Assembly (NCBI RefSeq): GCF_006345805.1
Contig: NC_043011.1
Location: forward strand, 19,418,464-19,482,463
Source of the DNA: Octopus sinensis
Taxonomy: Eukaryota
Direction of reading: 5' to 3'
Length of the DNA stretch: 64,000 nucleotides
Made by a program: the position numbers and the translations under genes. A model generated the notes under the pieces. It was not told where the DNA came from, did no database searches, and was given only the letters and a program-made list of their open reading frames with translations. Below, one piece after another: positions 26,924-40,737 of this stretch (positions are counted from its first letter, which is position 1; every line of letters begins with the position of its first letter).

Positions 26924-27346
26924 CTGTTAAAGACAGAGAATGGACAGATAAAAAACTGAGACTGCTATTGATATTCAAAGTAACCATATTTTGTGAGCTA
27001 CAACAAAATTCATCTTTTTTCGACGTTCAAACAATGCTACAAGTTCACTTGTGGAATTATTTTATGGACTTCAAAAGATAAAGCATATCATTTTATCTAG
27101 ATATGAACTCAGCGCACCTTAGAATAACAACAAATCCTGAAAGGTATTTCATCCTTCATTCTGACGTTTGAGAGAATTCCTCAGCTATGTTTGTTAAGAA
27201 AAATATAGATGAGACATTAAATTCCCTTTCCCCAGTAATAGAGCAGATTACTGAGGTACAGTGACACTGATTCATTCAAATTATGATAATTTGTTGATAA
27301 CCTTTCAAAGAAATTATAAATATTTAATAAGTGCATATAAGAAGTC

Positions 27347-27660
27347 GTGGAGGCACAATAGCCCAGTGATTAGAGCAGCAGACTCCCGGTCGGAGGATTG
27401 CGGTTTCGATTCCCAGACCAAGTTCTGTGTGTGTTTATTGAGCGAAAATACCTAAAGCTCCACGAGGCTCCGGCAAGGGGTGGTGGCGACCCCTGTTGTA
27501 CTCTTTCGCCCCAACTTTCTCTCGCTCTTTCTTCCTGTTTCTTGAGTAACGCTGCGATGTACTGGCGTCCGTCCAACTAGGGGGAACACATACGCCACAG
27601 AAACCGGGAAACCGGGCCCATGAGCGTGGATAGGAGTGGAAAGGGTGCATAAATAAATAA
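27347..27660 (+). mobile_element. tRNA-derived SINE, same family as 41-349
   Basis: GTGGAGGCACAATAGCCCAGTGATTAGAGC..TTCGATTCCC head; GAAACCGGGAAACCGGGCCCATGAGC near the 3' end; (TAAA)n tail. Confidence 0.85.
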
Positions 27661-28105
27661 ATGAAAATATAAGAAGTTTAAAAAGTCGATGCACGTATAG
27701 AAGATAACTACGTACTATACATACGAAAGTTTACAAAAGCAGTAAGACTGACAATACATTGTAAATACGTAACCATATATATACATTCTACAAAAGTACA
27801 GCCCACCCTTTGTCATTGAAAATGATGACCGTTTTAATAATGATAGATAATGGAGTATGTGCTAATAAATCGTTGTTCATATTATTAGCAATTATTCTTG
27901 GAATACAATTCTGAGAATATGGCTGTCTGTCAGTTTATCTAAGTTTGTGTCTGCCCGGATGTGTTTGTATGTTGTGCGGGTGTATCTATTCATATTTTCC
28001 TGTATTTATATATCACTCTATCTGTACATATATATACACACATACACACACATGTATACGTATACATATATATACTTACATTTGATATATATGTATAAAA
28101 TTATA

Positions 28106-28148
<43 letters not shown>

Positions 28149-28180
28149 ATAGATAAATAGATATATATGTATATATATAA

Positions 28181-28220
<40 letters not shown>

Positions 28221-28392
28221 TTATATATATATAAGCCAAAAGTCACCTGACAGTAAATCAAAACCACTTAATTCCAAGATTTATTTAAGTTAAACAACTG
28301 AATGAGACCTCGCTAATAAAGAGACAGTATTCAATTATTAAACATTCATAATTAGAATAAATAAATAAAATTGAATTTTAAGCATTTATGGA

Positions 28393-28449
<57 letters not shown>

Positions 28450-28464
28450 GAAAGAGAGAGAGAT

Positions 28465-28505
<41 letters not shown>

Positions 28506-31500
28506 CATACATATATATATATATATATAGATATATATATACATATATACACATATATATATATATATATGTACAAATATACACATACATACGTATATAT
28601 ATGTATATATATACATATATGTACGCACATACATATACACCATTTGTAAAATGTTAAAAATACGACGCAGGAGCCATAATATACTTAAGTAATTGGATCT
28701 ACAATTGGATGTACAAAAGATATTTAAACATAATGCAATAGTAAATACTATGTCTCCTCTACATTATTATACCTCCATTTATAATAAATATATTAAAATG
28801 AAAGTATCTAGTGATGTACATTACTAACAAAAAATATTATTTAGTTTCCTAATTTCATAATGCCAGCTGAACATCTAGCTCATTTAATATGAAATATGTT
28901 ATCGTATCCTAGATAATATTAGATATGCTACCTACGAACCTGAAATTTTTATATTCGTTTAAAGTTTAGCAAATTACATGATATTTAAATGTTATTTTAT
29001 AAAATAATACATTATTGAATAATATAATTTACTCAATAGAGATACAAGATATTTGGGAAAATATGAACATTTAACAGTAAAGCAAGTCAAGCGGATTAAG
29101 GAGAATGTGAAATGAAATAAAATATGAAAAGGAAAAAAAATGATCAAAACGTAACTACTATGCACAAATGTATTACTTTATGTTTCTTTACTTCAAATGC
29201 ATATATAAAAAAAATTAGCGTGGAATACACCCATAACAGGATAACCATTGCCAGAATTCTGGATATTGCGAGAAACTTGGATTGTTTCAAATATTCCTCG
29301 TTGCAAAATAACAAAAATATAAGCGAAACTGAATAAAAGGAATAGTAAAATTGTAGTAACTGTCTATTGGAAGTTTTGTCTGAGGAGTTACTGGACAATG
29401 CCGTAATCTGTAAGGAATGATACCCAAAAGAATCGTAGTTTTCGGATTATTGCGATCCCGTGGAGTTTATTTGGATCAAAACAACGACTCTAAAAGCAAC
29501 AGCATTATCAGAAACAGTAAGAAAAGCAAGTTCACCTAACTACACAGAGAACGGAGGCGAGTATATGATGTCTAAACTTACATACTCCACTCCGAAGTCT
29601 ACCTATGGACCACTATATGTTGAATCGGATAAGACGTAAACAACATTAATGGACACAGTTCATGTCAGAATCTTTGACGTAGAGCAAATCAATATCAAAC
29701 AATTTTGAACAGCTTAGCTAACCTAACGGGTGATTGACACCCTTTCTACCTAGAGCATATTTGCATGCTGAGTTTGGGATGCCTTGAAGAAGGAAAAAAA
29801 TGTATGCTTGACATAGGAAAACAAGACAGTGGAAGATTCCCGGAATTCAGTTTTCGGTACATATGTAGTAAATACTTCACCGATTTCCTTAAATTTTGAA
29901 ACATATTCCAATTACCAATTGAAATCAACAGAGAAAGAAATAATAGGGAACTTCAGTCTTGGATGTTTTGTTAAGCCTTCATTGTAGGACGTGAGAAATA
30001 ATCGATCTCAGCGAAACCAATAAATTTTAAAACTGGAATGAATAGAATATTAATACAAATCCGAATTGCACCAAAAATCTCTTACAATATTACGTGCCCC
30101 CGCCGCAATAACGATTGTATCACATAAATAGTCGAGAATAGATAGGGCTAACAACAAATGAGAAGTCATCTTTTAGAAATGCTTTTAGAAATACTTCATT
30201 TAGAAAACATGTAATCATTTGTGCAAATGAGAATTTCAAAATATACCATTTTCGAAATAAAGGAAGATATCTATCAACTATAAAATGATATTTCAAATAG
30301 GTACATTTTAAATCAAAAATTATACTGGAAATAACTCTACTAAGAACAATTACCTATCTATAGAATACATTTTAAGTCCGAAATAATACGGGAAAGAGCC
30401 CTACTGACAACAAGTAGCTATATACAGAATACATTACAACACGTGTGTCCGAAAATCTTAAAACTGCGAAAAGTAATTAACTGCAAAAGTAGGAAAGTTA
30501 ATGAGGTATTTTTGATTATGTATTATTGCTCACAGGGAAATTAATGAGATATTTTTTTCCGTGATAATATTTATCATGAACGTGCTTTGTTTACAAATAA
30601 TATATACCGGAGAACGACAAATCTCGTCGCAAGTAACTATAGAGAACGACCGATGTATTTCACGCTCGAAGTTTTATCAACGATATATATACACAATATT
30701 CGCATGTCGTAACTACGTTTAAGGTGTGCGGTACAGGAAACAAGGAATAAAAGGCATTTGCTGACATTGAAAATAGCCGCCCGGCTGTATAAGCATATAG
30801 TATACGCAGTTTCCATCTCACCCCAATTTATATTGTATTTTTAAACACACCACGTTCTTACTGCGAAAGAAAGGAGAACTAACTCGTTTTTATCTATGTG
30901 TATACATTAAGTTTGAAACATAAAAAAGGTATTTCATTAGTATTTATATTTAAATTCGGAATGACTAAAGTTTAATGAATTAGAAGTTACTTGTGAATGT
31001 TCACCGCTAATGTTTATTTATATATTCTGTGTTAAACTAAAAAGGAAAAGAACTAGAGAGAATAATAATTTCGGTTTTTAACATATTCATGTATTTTTCA
31101 TTCCTGATCTAGATTCAATGTAATTGTAATTCCATGAAAGATAATGTCTATGGTAGTACATATAACTTGTCCTTCTCAATCCTTCTCCATATGTCAGTTC
31201 AATCTCCGCCAAACCGTGAAGAAAGACACATTGCTCATTATTAGTCCCTTCCATAGGATTGCAGGACAACATATTTCTACACTTAGGTTAGAATTTGTAA
31301 TGTGGATCATTTAAACGAAACAATGTCACATTTTTTCATACAAGTGGTTATTGTATAACGATTTCGTCTGTATGTGATCAGACTCATTATAGCTTTTCCT
31401 GTCAAATTATGTACTGATGTAAGTAATGGTATGTACACTGTGCTATGTCTCGATTTACTAAACAAACTGGTGGGCACTTATCATGTAAATATATAATTTA

Positions 31501-34010
31501 AATAATTTATGCACCATAATAATCTAAAGCATTTAATAATGCGGACACAGATTTGACTAATGGATTGTGAGGCAGTTATTTACTTGGATTATCAATGTTT
31601 CACATCTAATCAATGCTGTAATATCACTCATAAAGAGTTCAAAGACTGTGATGGTTCTATATCATACTACAATTTATGATGATAAAGATATTACTCGAAA
31701 CCAATTGCGTCGATGCACTATAATGTTGGTTAGTGCTTTACCATTCCATGTTCTCTTAATTTTTTCTGTTGCCAAGTTTTCTTAGTTTCGAACGTTAGAT
31801 GCATGATTTTTGTTGGAAAATATTCTAATCTTTAAAATGGACAACGATTTGTGTACAATTGTGTTTCACTATACACATATGGGCATATGTGTGTGTTTAT
31901 ATGTGCACCACTATATATATATATATATGTATGCATGCATGCATGTACGTATGTATAAGTATGCACACACAGACGCACGCACATATATATACACACACAC
32001 ACACACACATATATACACACATTATTATATAAAATCATACTTGAACACTGGATACTTTGTCGTTACCTAATATCAATAGGTTTTCTTCCTGAATGCAAAA
32101 AGTAGTATTAATAGCTATTGAAATCATGCAGTATTTTTTTCATTTAAAAACTTTTATCAATTGCTCATTGATATGAGATGAAATATATCATGGCATCCAT
32201 TAGTTTATTCTCTTTGTTTATTTCTGTCTGAAATAAAACGAAAATTTAAAATTTTCTATTTCTTTTTATTAAAACCACATTTATCTTATATTAATTGTTA
32301 TCGCTTTGCTCTGTAAGACATAACAATTGAATTAAACCATTCACATACCACGCAAGCATTCAATCATGGATTGAGCCATGAAAATGCCATTTAACTGCGT
32401 TGAAAGATTTCTCTTACAATTCTAATTTTGTATCTGATTCGCCATTTAGCCAAATACAAAAGACTTTTAATATTGACTTTGGAAATAAAAACGCATCGCT
32501 GTTCTGACTAATATCTACTTTGCCGGAAGCGATTAAGATTTCAAAAGTGAGAAAAATGAATTATAGTTTCCCTGAAAATATTAATTGCGAAATGTAAATC
32601 GATTTTTTGCCACGAAAGAAAAGGAAAATTCACTTTATAGAAGCACTTAGGAAAAAATTAAAGTAGCCATGTCTGTATAGTTCCTTCCTTATATTTCTTT
32701 TTATTTATATTCTCTTCGTCACGTGTTAGAAATTTTGATCAATAAATTCATTTCAATTTATACGTTTAATATGTTGCGTTTAAAATACTAGAATTTTCGT
32801 TTCTTTCTTATATTTAAAATCCTTATCTACTCTGTTCAACCTTTACCCAGTATAATACTGCTTTTAATAGAATAGACAATTGTTGTGTTCTAAGTGTCAG
32901 AAAATATTTATATGATTTATTTATGTTTTATTAAATATGAAACTTTGCAGCATGAAACTTGTAGGAAAATAGAAATAAATAAAATACTGAGTTCAAATTT
33001 TGGGACAAGTCAAGCAATTTCGAGGGCGCTAAGTCGATCAAATCGACTTCAGTGTTCAGTTGGTATTTATTTTAACGACTCGGAAGGATGAAATGCCTAA
33101 CTAACACCAGTAGAATTGAGAATGTGAAGACGGGTGAAAAGACTCAAGTCATTTTGCCAGGGGTGCCAAAAATTCTGCCAGTTTGCTAATTTGCAAAAGA
33201 ACAAAATATTGTCTTCAAGTTTTGGCTCCACAACATCAGGTTTTAAAGGAATTCGAACACGTCAACTCCAGTACTTGAGTTCTACGATTTAAGCAATCCC
33301 GAAAGGATTAAATGGATTGTAGACATCGGTGGAACTTGAAATCATCACGTGAAAACGGACGAAATACGGCTAAGCGTTCTATTCGGCAGGATAACGATTC
33401 GGTCATCTCGCTGCCTTCGAAATAAATAAAATATTGAATTAAAAGAAACAGGGGTGATTACATTTATCATAGTGTACAACCCCTTGCATTTAGCGATTTT
33501 TTGTTTCAAAGCTGGACAAAAATTCATGAAAATTACTAAGTGTTCGCCGGTATATTAAATTGCGTGAATACGATAACTTCGACTATATATGCATTTCATT
33601 CAGATTTATATTTTAATCGGCAATTATACTCCCATAAAACCTTATGACATAGTTGGGTTCAACAAAGGTAAGCAGCCTGTTCCAGAAACTGAATAGGTGA
33701 AACGAATGCAATATTAGCATCTGCGGAACGTCTATATGTATTGAATATTCTTTTCGGAATATAGTATAAATGTGAAATAACAGGGAATGACTAGCATGAG
33801 ATATTGCCCTGTTTGTTACTTGCTGTATGTAAATTGATGCAATGTAAAGAAAACATGGCACCGAAGTATTATATCATCTGGAGCAGCTGCAGTGTAAAAA
33901 GTATATTAACTCATGCATAAGTATTATAATGCGATTATTTCATTATTTCTGTAATACTAGTGTTATTTATTCCCTTCCAAGTTATTTACAGCTTTTCCTA
34001 TCTCCTACAG

Positions 34011-34032
34011 GGAAGACTTCACCATTGTGAAG
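34011..34032 (+). CDS. Candidate 22-nt microexon
   Basis: cttttcctatctcctacAG|GGAAGACTTCACCATTGTGAAG|GTAACG. Open as (x)EDFTIVK (phase 2-0) or GRLHHCE (phase 0-1). Confidence 0.4.
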
Positions 34033-35446
34033 GTAACGTTGCCACGTCTGTTGAAATCTTTAATAGAAATGAAAAAAATATTATATTTGATATTCTCTGT
34101 ATATTTGAAACTTGAGAATATAATTATCTGAATTATGGTATAAGCCCCAGAAATGGATTATTACATACGTTCTATACACTATTGTTGGACTTGAAAAATG
34201 TAAAATAGTAATATATTTGTATTTTTGTATAACTTTTTATATAAAGTATATCCTTGAGACGACATGATATCAAAACTTATACATTGCTAGAATTTGGTTG
34301 TATTGATTTTTGTTTTTGTTCTAGTCATCTTTATCATTGTTTGGTGGAATGCTAAATTTAATTTTGAATTAATACATTTTATTTTCGATTTGTTTATGTA
34401 AAATAAGAATGAATTGCGTTCATTTGTTTTGTATTTTCTTTATGTTTTTTTCCTTTGTCACTTTATTGAATTACACATTTAATTACGCTTCTGAATTATA
34501 TAATTAATGATTGGTGTTTCATTTACGCTCATTTAATTTTCAGGAGTGATCTATTTGGATTCTCCTGAATCATAATGTTAGTATATGTACCTGCACCTAT
34601 ATTTATATAGATATATTTGAGAATTAAAAAATGCGAAGCATCATTAGCACAAGCATAAAACTCTTGGATTATGTTCTTCATGCAAATTCCGTCCATTTTA
34701 TGAGTTAAATTGAAAACATAGGAAGCAAAGGAAATTAAAATATTTCTTCTTTTATTAGAAAGTGATTTTGTTATAGTTGTCACTAAGATTCATTTGTTTT
34801 TATATGTATCAATTAAAATGAACTGTTTATTCTTGTTATATAATTAAACGAACAGATAATAGGTTGCTGAAAAGAAAGAGAATATATTTAAAAAGAAAAC
34901 ATTAGCAATTTGTGAGTGAATAAAAAGTTTACCAAACTAAAACTGCATTTCTCAATTCTTCTAATTGTTAAATGTGATAAAAGTTAATCATTTACGTTCT
35001 TATAAACGATACATTTTTATGCTAGAATATATTTTGAAAGAAGTAAGAAAAAGTATAATGCAGGACAACTTTAAAATTTTACAGATTCCTGCTACTGATG
35101 AAATGCAGATACGCCGAAAAAACATGCGGTGGCAATTCCTACCAACCAGCTACATGATTCGTGTCTTGTATAAATATGTATCTGTTTAAGCACCGTACAT
35201 CTATATGAAAGGAGCTCGCAAGGCAAATGCCAGTGTATTATAGCTCTATATATTACATCGAAGTTAAGGACGAATAGCTTCCTAGGGAAGCTTACTACAC
35301 TACGCCGAGTGTTGAAGAACACTTGAATGTGCTTCCGAGAAAGCTGTCTTCCTACTCTGTGACATTCAGGTGTTGTTTAACATTCCAAATTAACATAAAT
35401 ATAGATTTATATATATATACATATGTTTGTATATACATGTTTATAT

Positions 35447-35522
<76 letters not shown>

Positions 35523-35571
35523 CATGTTTATATATATATCTATCTATCTATCTATATATATATATACATGT

Positions 35572-35735
35572 GCGAGGGGCTTCTTTGAGTTTCCGTCTAT
35601 CATGTCCCCTCAGAAAGTTTTGGTAGCACCGAGTCTATAGTAGAAGATACTTGCCTAAGCTGACATGCAGTGGGACTGAAACCGGTGTCATGTGGTTAGG
35701 AACCAAGCTTCTTACCAGACAGCCATCCTGCGCCT
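35572..35735 (-). mobile_element. 5' half of a SINE of the 6077 family
   Basis: Degenerate head plus AGGCAAGTATCTTCTACTATAGAC. Confidence 0.7.
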
Positions 35736-35756
35736 ACACAATACAACACACACACA

Positions 35757-35808
<52 letters not shown>

Positions 35809-35875
35809 CACATGCATCCATACAAACACACCCCCTATCTATATATTCATATACATACATACACAAGTATGTACG

Positions 35876-36307
35876 TATTGGGTTGGCAAGAAATTTATTT
35901 CGGGTTTTTAGGGTGAAATAAAAGTCGCTTTTTTTATATATATATAGTGAATAAACTTTAATCAGTTGTATATTTTCCATTTTGTTCGATGACCTTTTGC
36001 CCTGTCATGTGCGTTCTGTTAAGCAATCAACACCATAAACATCACATAGCTCTTTGTGACCCTCAGCAGCTTTCTTGTATTTACGGAAATATAAAAGCAA
36101 AAATATGGCGAAATTGTTCGTTTTTGTCCTCTTAAAATTGACACTGTAAACAAAGTGGCGTGCAATTTGCTTCTAAAATAAGCTACACGTAACGGCTATC
36201 AAAGGGCAAACGGAAAAAATCATAACATTGACAAAACGTATTCAATAACATCGTAAATCTATGCTCTGTTTCTGGAAAAAAGAAATTACTACTTTGCCAA
36301 CCCATTA
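35876..36307 (-). mobile_element. Internally deleted mariner (432 bp, MITE-like)
   Basis: TIRs are TATTGGGTTGGCAAG and CTTTGCCAACCCATTA. The minus strand keeps the N-terminus (EQFRHILLLYFRK..KELCDVYG) fused to the C-terminus (QKVIEQNGKY). Confidence 0.85.
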
Positions 36308-36360
36308 TATATATAGATATATAAACTAACATCCACACACATCCATATATATATATATAT

Positions 36361-36739
36361 AACATATTAGGGAATAAATCCAAACTTACAGGGAAAAATC
36401 AGATTTAGGATTGAATCCAATTTTATAGTAAAATATTATATTATATTAAATTAGAGATAAAACCACTATTAGGCAAATCATACAATGAAAAACTTAAGTT
36501 CGTTGATTAAACCTCGCCAAGTTTAATATTTAAACCACCCGAAGAATGACTGTAACTCGAAAATTTTAAGAATTGAACAGCCATGAAACGATCGTAGTAT
36601 ATATTAATTATCTTTTTTAATAATTTTGATATATATTTAAATAATATAAATTAATTAATCTTATGTATTGGCTTAAGTTTGTCACTGTATGATTTGCCTA
36701 ATAGTGGTTTTATCTCTAATTTAATATAATATATATAAT

Positions 36740-36803
<64 letters not shown>

Positions 36804-37169
36804 ACATATTAGGGAATAAATCCAAACTTACAGGGAAAAATCAGATTTAGGATTGAATCCAATTTTATAGTAAAATATTATATTATATTAAATTAGAGAT
36901 AAAACCACTATTAGGCAAATCATACAATGAAAAACTTAAGTTCGTTGATTAAACCTCGCCAAGTTAAATATTTAAACCACCCGAAGAATGACTGTAACTC
37001 GAAAATTTTAAGAATTGAACAGCCATGAAACGATCGTAGTATATATTAATTATCTTTTTTAATAACTTTGATATATATTTAAATAATATAATTAATTAAT
37101 CTTATGTATTGGCTTAAGTTTGTCACTGTATGATTTGCCTAATAGTGGTTTTATCTCTAATTTAATATA

Positions 37170-37180
<11 letters not shown>
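36361..37180 (+). repeat. Two tandem 442-bp-period copies of a PLE-type terminal unit, each with a ~59-bp inverted repeat and a hammerhead-like motif
   Basis: Units start at 36361 and 36803, are nearly identical and are separated by (TA)n. IR arms in unit 1 are 36440-36498 / 36672-36730. CCGAAGA-ATGACTGT..ACAGCCAT-GAAACGATCGTA starts at 36539 and 36981. Confidence 0.85.
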
Positions 37181-37258
<78 letters not shown>

Positions 37259-37454
37259 CATGCATAAATTTAAAATGAGGGTGAGAAATTAGATATTAAT
37301 TTCATTAACATCGATTTCACGCCAGTGGTCTAGCATATAGAAAACTGAAGGTTCAGTAAAATTGTATTATATACATATTAGAGGGAAACCACATACATAT
37401 ATACATACACACATGCATAGATACATACATACTCACAAACATACATACATAAGG

Positions 37455-38790
37455 TCATTAGATAAGTGAACTGATTTCTTACGATATTTTCATAGTAACT
37501 TGTTTTGATACGTGAATAAATTTGATATTTTTCTGGACGTGATGACTGAGCGCCAAGTAGAGACCTAAATATTATCACTTTAAACACGTGCCCATCTTCG
37601 CCTTCCACAAAGTGTCCCAAGCTGCCAAATCTGCTTGAAGCATTTGTGCTGTATACGAAGTCCCTATAATTAGAAGGCCTCACAGACAACCTTTACATGA
37701 CAGTTCAAGAAATGGAAATTTGAATTGTCTCAGCCGACGTATTTATTTGAATATAATCGCCTGAATGGTCTTCACCACGGAAATCTACACCGATGGACAT
37801 GGAATTTGTATCAGCAGATGGTACGTTTTCATGATACCATCACACGATACGCGATGTGTAACGTATAAAAGCTATGTGCGTACATGCCAAATGCTCTGAA
37901 CAAAAGAACCAAACTTCACTGGTTCTCTATCAACACCAGCTTGCTTGCTCAACGCTAGGCAATTCTAGAAAGCAAACGGATCTTTTACAACATCGTCACC
38001 GATAGTGAAAATATAATGATGCCTTTATAGTAATATGAGGCATAAGGATGGATAGCTCATTCCCTTCAAGCTACAACTTGAGTAAAACTAGTGACTCATA
38101 CATGCAAGTGAATTATCTGAATTTTTGGGTAGAGGTAATTCTGATAAACAACAAGTGGTCAATGCAGACCCCTACGCTCTGAAAATGCAACGTCTGAATG
38201 AGTCAATTCTGTTCAAACGCCACGACTGGCTGCACAGCGTATATCTTCAACATTCCAACGTTTATGAGTCTTTACCTCGAGTGAAAATGCTATCCAAGAA
38301 TTTGGCTGCGAATCTCTACTGCATCACTCATATTCTCTTGATATAATAAAAAAAAAAAGACTCCGCCGGTTACGACGACGAGGGTCCCAGCTGATACGAT
38401 CAACGGAACAGCTTGCTCGTGAAATTAACATGCAAATGGCTGAGCATTCCACAGACACGTGTACCCTTAACGTAGTTCTCGGGAATAATCAGCGTGACAC
38501 AGAGAGTGACAAGGCTGACCCTTTGAAATACAAGTACAACTCATTTGTGCCAGCTGAGTGGACTGGAGCAACGTGAAATAAAGTGTCTTGCTCAAGGACA
38601 CAACGCGTCGCCGGGAATCGAACTCACAATCTTACCATCATGAGCCGAATGCCCTAACCACTAAGCCACGCGCCCTCACATCTTGATATAATACCTTCAG
38701 ATAATAAACTTCTCCGGGCACTCTCTGAGAGCCGGTGAAAAGTTTCTTTAAAAAATAACATGGCACTAAAAACGCGGCTCGATGGAATTT
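37455..38790 (+). mobile_element. Old, heavily degraded mariner interrupted by a SINE
   Basis: SICAVYE..FKKWKF, MPNALN, IVTDSE, NADPYALKMQRLNESI..YLQHSN, and LLHHSYSLD|IIPSD (the YSPDL region, split by the SINE). Boundaries approximate. Confidence 0.65.
38359..38679 (-). mobile_element. Full-length tRNA-derived SINE with 13-bp TSD
   Basis: Head GTGAGGGCGCGTGGCTTAGTGGTTAGGGC..GAGTTCGATTCCC. TSD TCTTGATATAATA at 38336-38348 and 38681-38693. Confidence 0.92.
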
Positions 38791-39687
38791 TCCGAGTCAT
38801 AATCCAATGATTTCTACTAGCAAGAAGTGCATGTAGAATGTTGTCATGAAGGAGAATATATTATTGACTGAAATGTTAAAGACGTTGATGAGAAGTAAGG
38901 ATTAGAATAAATGAAAAGTAAAACGACTATATTTACCTGAGAACCCAATGTTTGTGTTGTATTTATATCGTATTTGTAAATATAGTAGGTCTTGATTTTT
39001 TTCTAGATTCCCTGCAATGGCTGGGAGTATGTCCACGCTACTCTAAAATTCTGGAGATCGTTAACACCCTGCTCACAAAGGCAGCAGATATATGGAAATG
39101 ATATTTACCAAAGCAATGTATCTTCCTTACAAATAATGACTGATATAATAGAGTATTTATTTAAATACATCATACGCTAGTGCAATTAACCGTTTTTAGT
39201 TAAAAAGTTTTCGAATATATGAATATCTAATATCACTTCGTTGTATCTACGAAATTTGTATGAGCATAATATGGGAAAGTAGACGTCTTTGTTTATATAT
39301 GGGAAAGTGTTGCGTCTTTGTTTATATATAGGTATGTCAGTATGGTATGTATAGGCGGAGTGAAATTGAAATGAAACGCAAATTATTAACTGAAATTTAT
39401 TTCTCGGATTTTCAGATATTTCTTCGGAATAAATATTCAATATAATTGAATACAATTTCATTTGATTTCACATGTAAATGGATATTACTTTGGAGTGAAG
39501 TATTGCAACGTATTGTCAAATAGGGCCTACTTTATTAGCAGACAGGTATAGTGAATATACATTATTAGCAAATGTCTGGAAGACATTAGATTATTAAATA
39601 TATATATATATATATATTAAATATATTATTAAATATATAATGTATATATATATATATATAATATATATATATATATTATATATATAT

Positions 39688-39994
39688 ATCACATGATCAC
39701 GTGACCGACCAGACCATCAGATATTGTTACACAACGCTGGTCACAATGCATTCGCATTGTTTTAGCCTTTGAATGACGCCACACCGCTGGCTAAGCGGGC
39801 AGGCCAACAGAAGAAAGAGTGGGAGAAAGAGTGGTGAAAGAGTACAAGAGGGATCACCCCCCCCTGCTGGAACCTCGTGGAGATTTTAGATGTTTTCGCT
39901 CAATAAACACTCACAACGCCCGGTCTGAGAATCGAAGCCGCGATCCTACGACCGCGAGTCCGCTGCCCTAACCACTAGGCCATTGCGCCTCCAC
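39688..39994 (-). mobile_element. tRNA-derived SINE: same head as the 41/27347 family, different 3' tail
   Basis: GTGGAGGCGCAATGGCCTAGTGGTTAGGGC head; tail GGTCTGGTCGGTCACGTGATCATGTGAT is shared with the fragment at 54679-54798. Confidence 0.88.
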
Positions 39995-40001
39995 ATATAT
40001 A

Positions 40002-40050
<49 letters not shown>

Positions 40051-40384
40051 CGAGAGGTCAATACCTCGAAACTCGATTCCGTGTGTATCATAAGTTGAAG
40101 ACGGGAAGGATGACTTCCCTTTGCAAATACTGACAGGACACAAATAGTGTGTCTATGGCCAGCTGGAGGAGTGTGTCCTCCTGGGGCTAAAAACTACAGT
40201 AGCATCCACCCTTAGGGGTTAGCCATATTGAAATGGCAAAAATACGTCACGATGTGTTACCGCTACTGTATATAACTCACTTTGATATTTATCATTGTTT
40301 GATTTCACTTTTTCATTATCAGCGACAGTGGACGCCGGAAAAAGTATAAGTATTTGTGAAGGAAATCTAATTCTCGGCGACAAC

Positions 40385-40445
40385 TATGATTGTCACACGC
40401 TGACGAGAGGTCAATACCTCGAAACTCGAGTCCGTGTGTATCATA
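40385..40445 (+). ncRNA. Intact type I hammerhead ribozyme; predicted cleavage after C40432
   Basis: CACACG-CTGACGA-GAGGT(CAAT)ACCTC-GAAA-CTCGAG-TC/CGTGTG. Stem I 6 bp plus TATGAT/ATCATA extension, stem II 5 bp, all conserved core nucleotides, GUC site. Confidence 0.93.
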
Positions 40446-40737
40446 AGTTGAAGACGGGAAGGATGACTTCCCTTTGCAAATACTGACAGGACACAAATAG
40501 TGTGTCTATGGCCAGCTGGAGGAGTGTGTCCTCCTGGGGCTAAAAACTACAGTAGCATCCACCCTTAGGGGTTAGCCATATTGAAATGGCAAAAATACGT
40601 CACGATGTGTTACCGCTACTGTATATAACTCACTTTGATATTTATCATTGTTTGATTTCACTTTTTCATTATCAGCGACAGTGGACGCTGGAAAAAGTAT
40701 AAGTATTTGTGAAGGAAATCTAATTCTCGGCGACAAC

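Noticed and set aside
29144-29398. 84-aa hydrophobic minus-strand ORF
   Set aside because: Non-ATG start, AT-driven composition, no motif and no donor site.
40483-40510. CTGACAG-GACACA/TGTGTC as a second ribozyme in the retrozyme monomer
   Set aside because: No GAAA after the hairpin and two core mismatches. I also found no hammerhead core on the minus strand.
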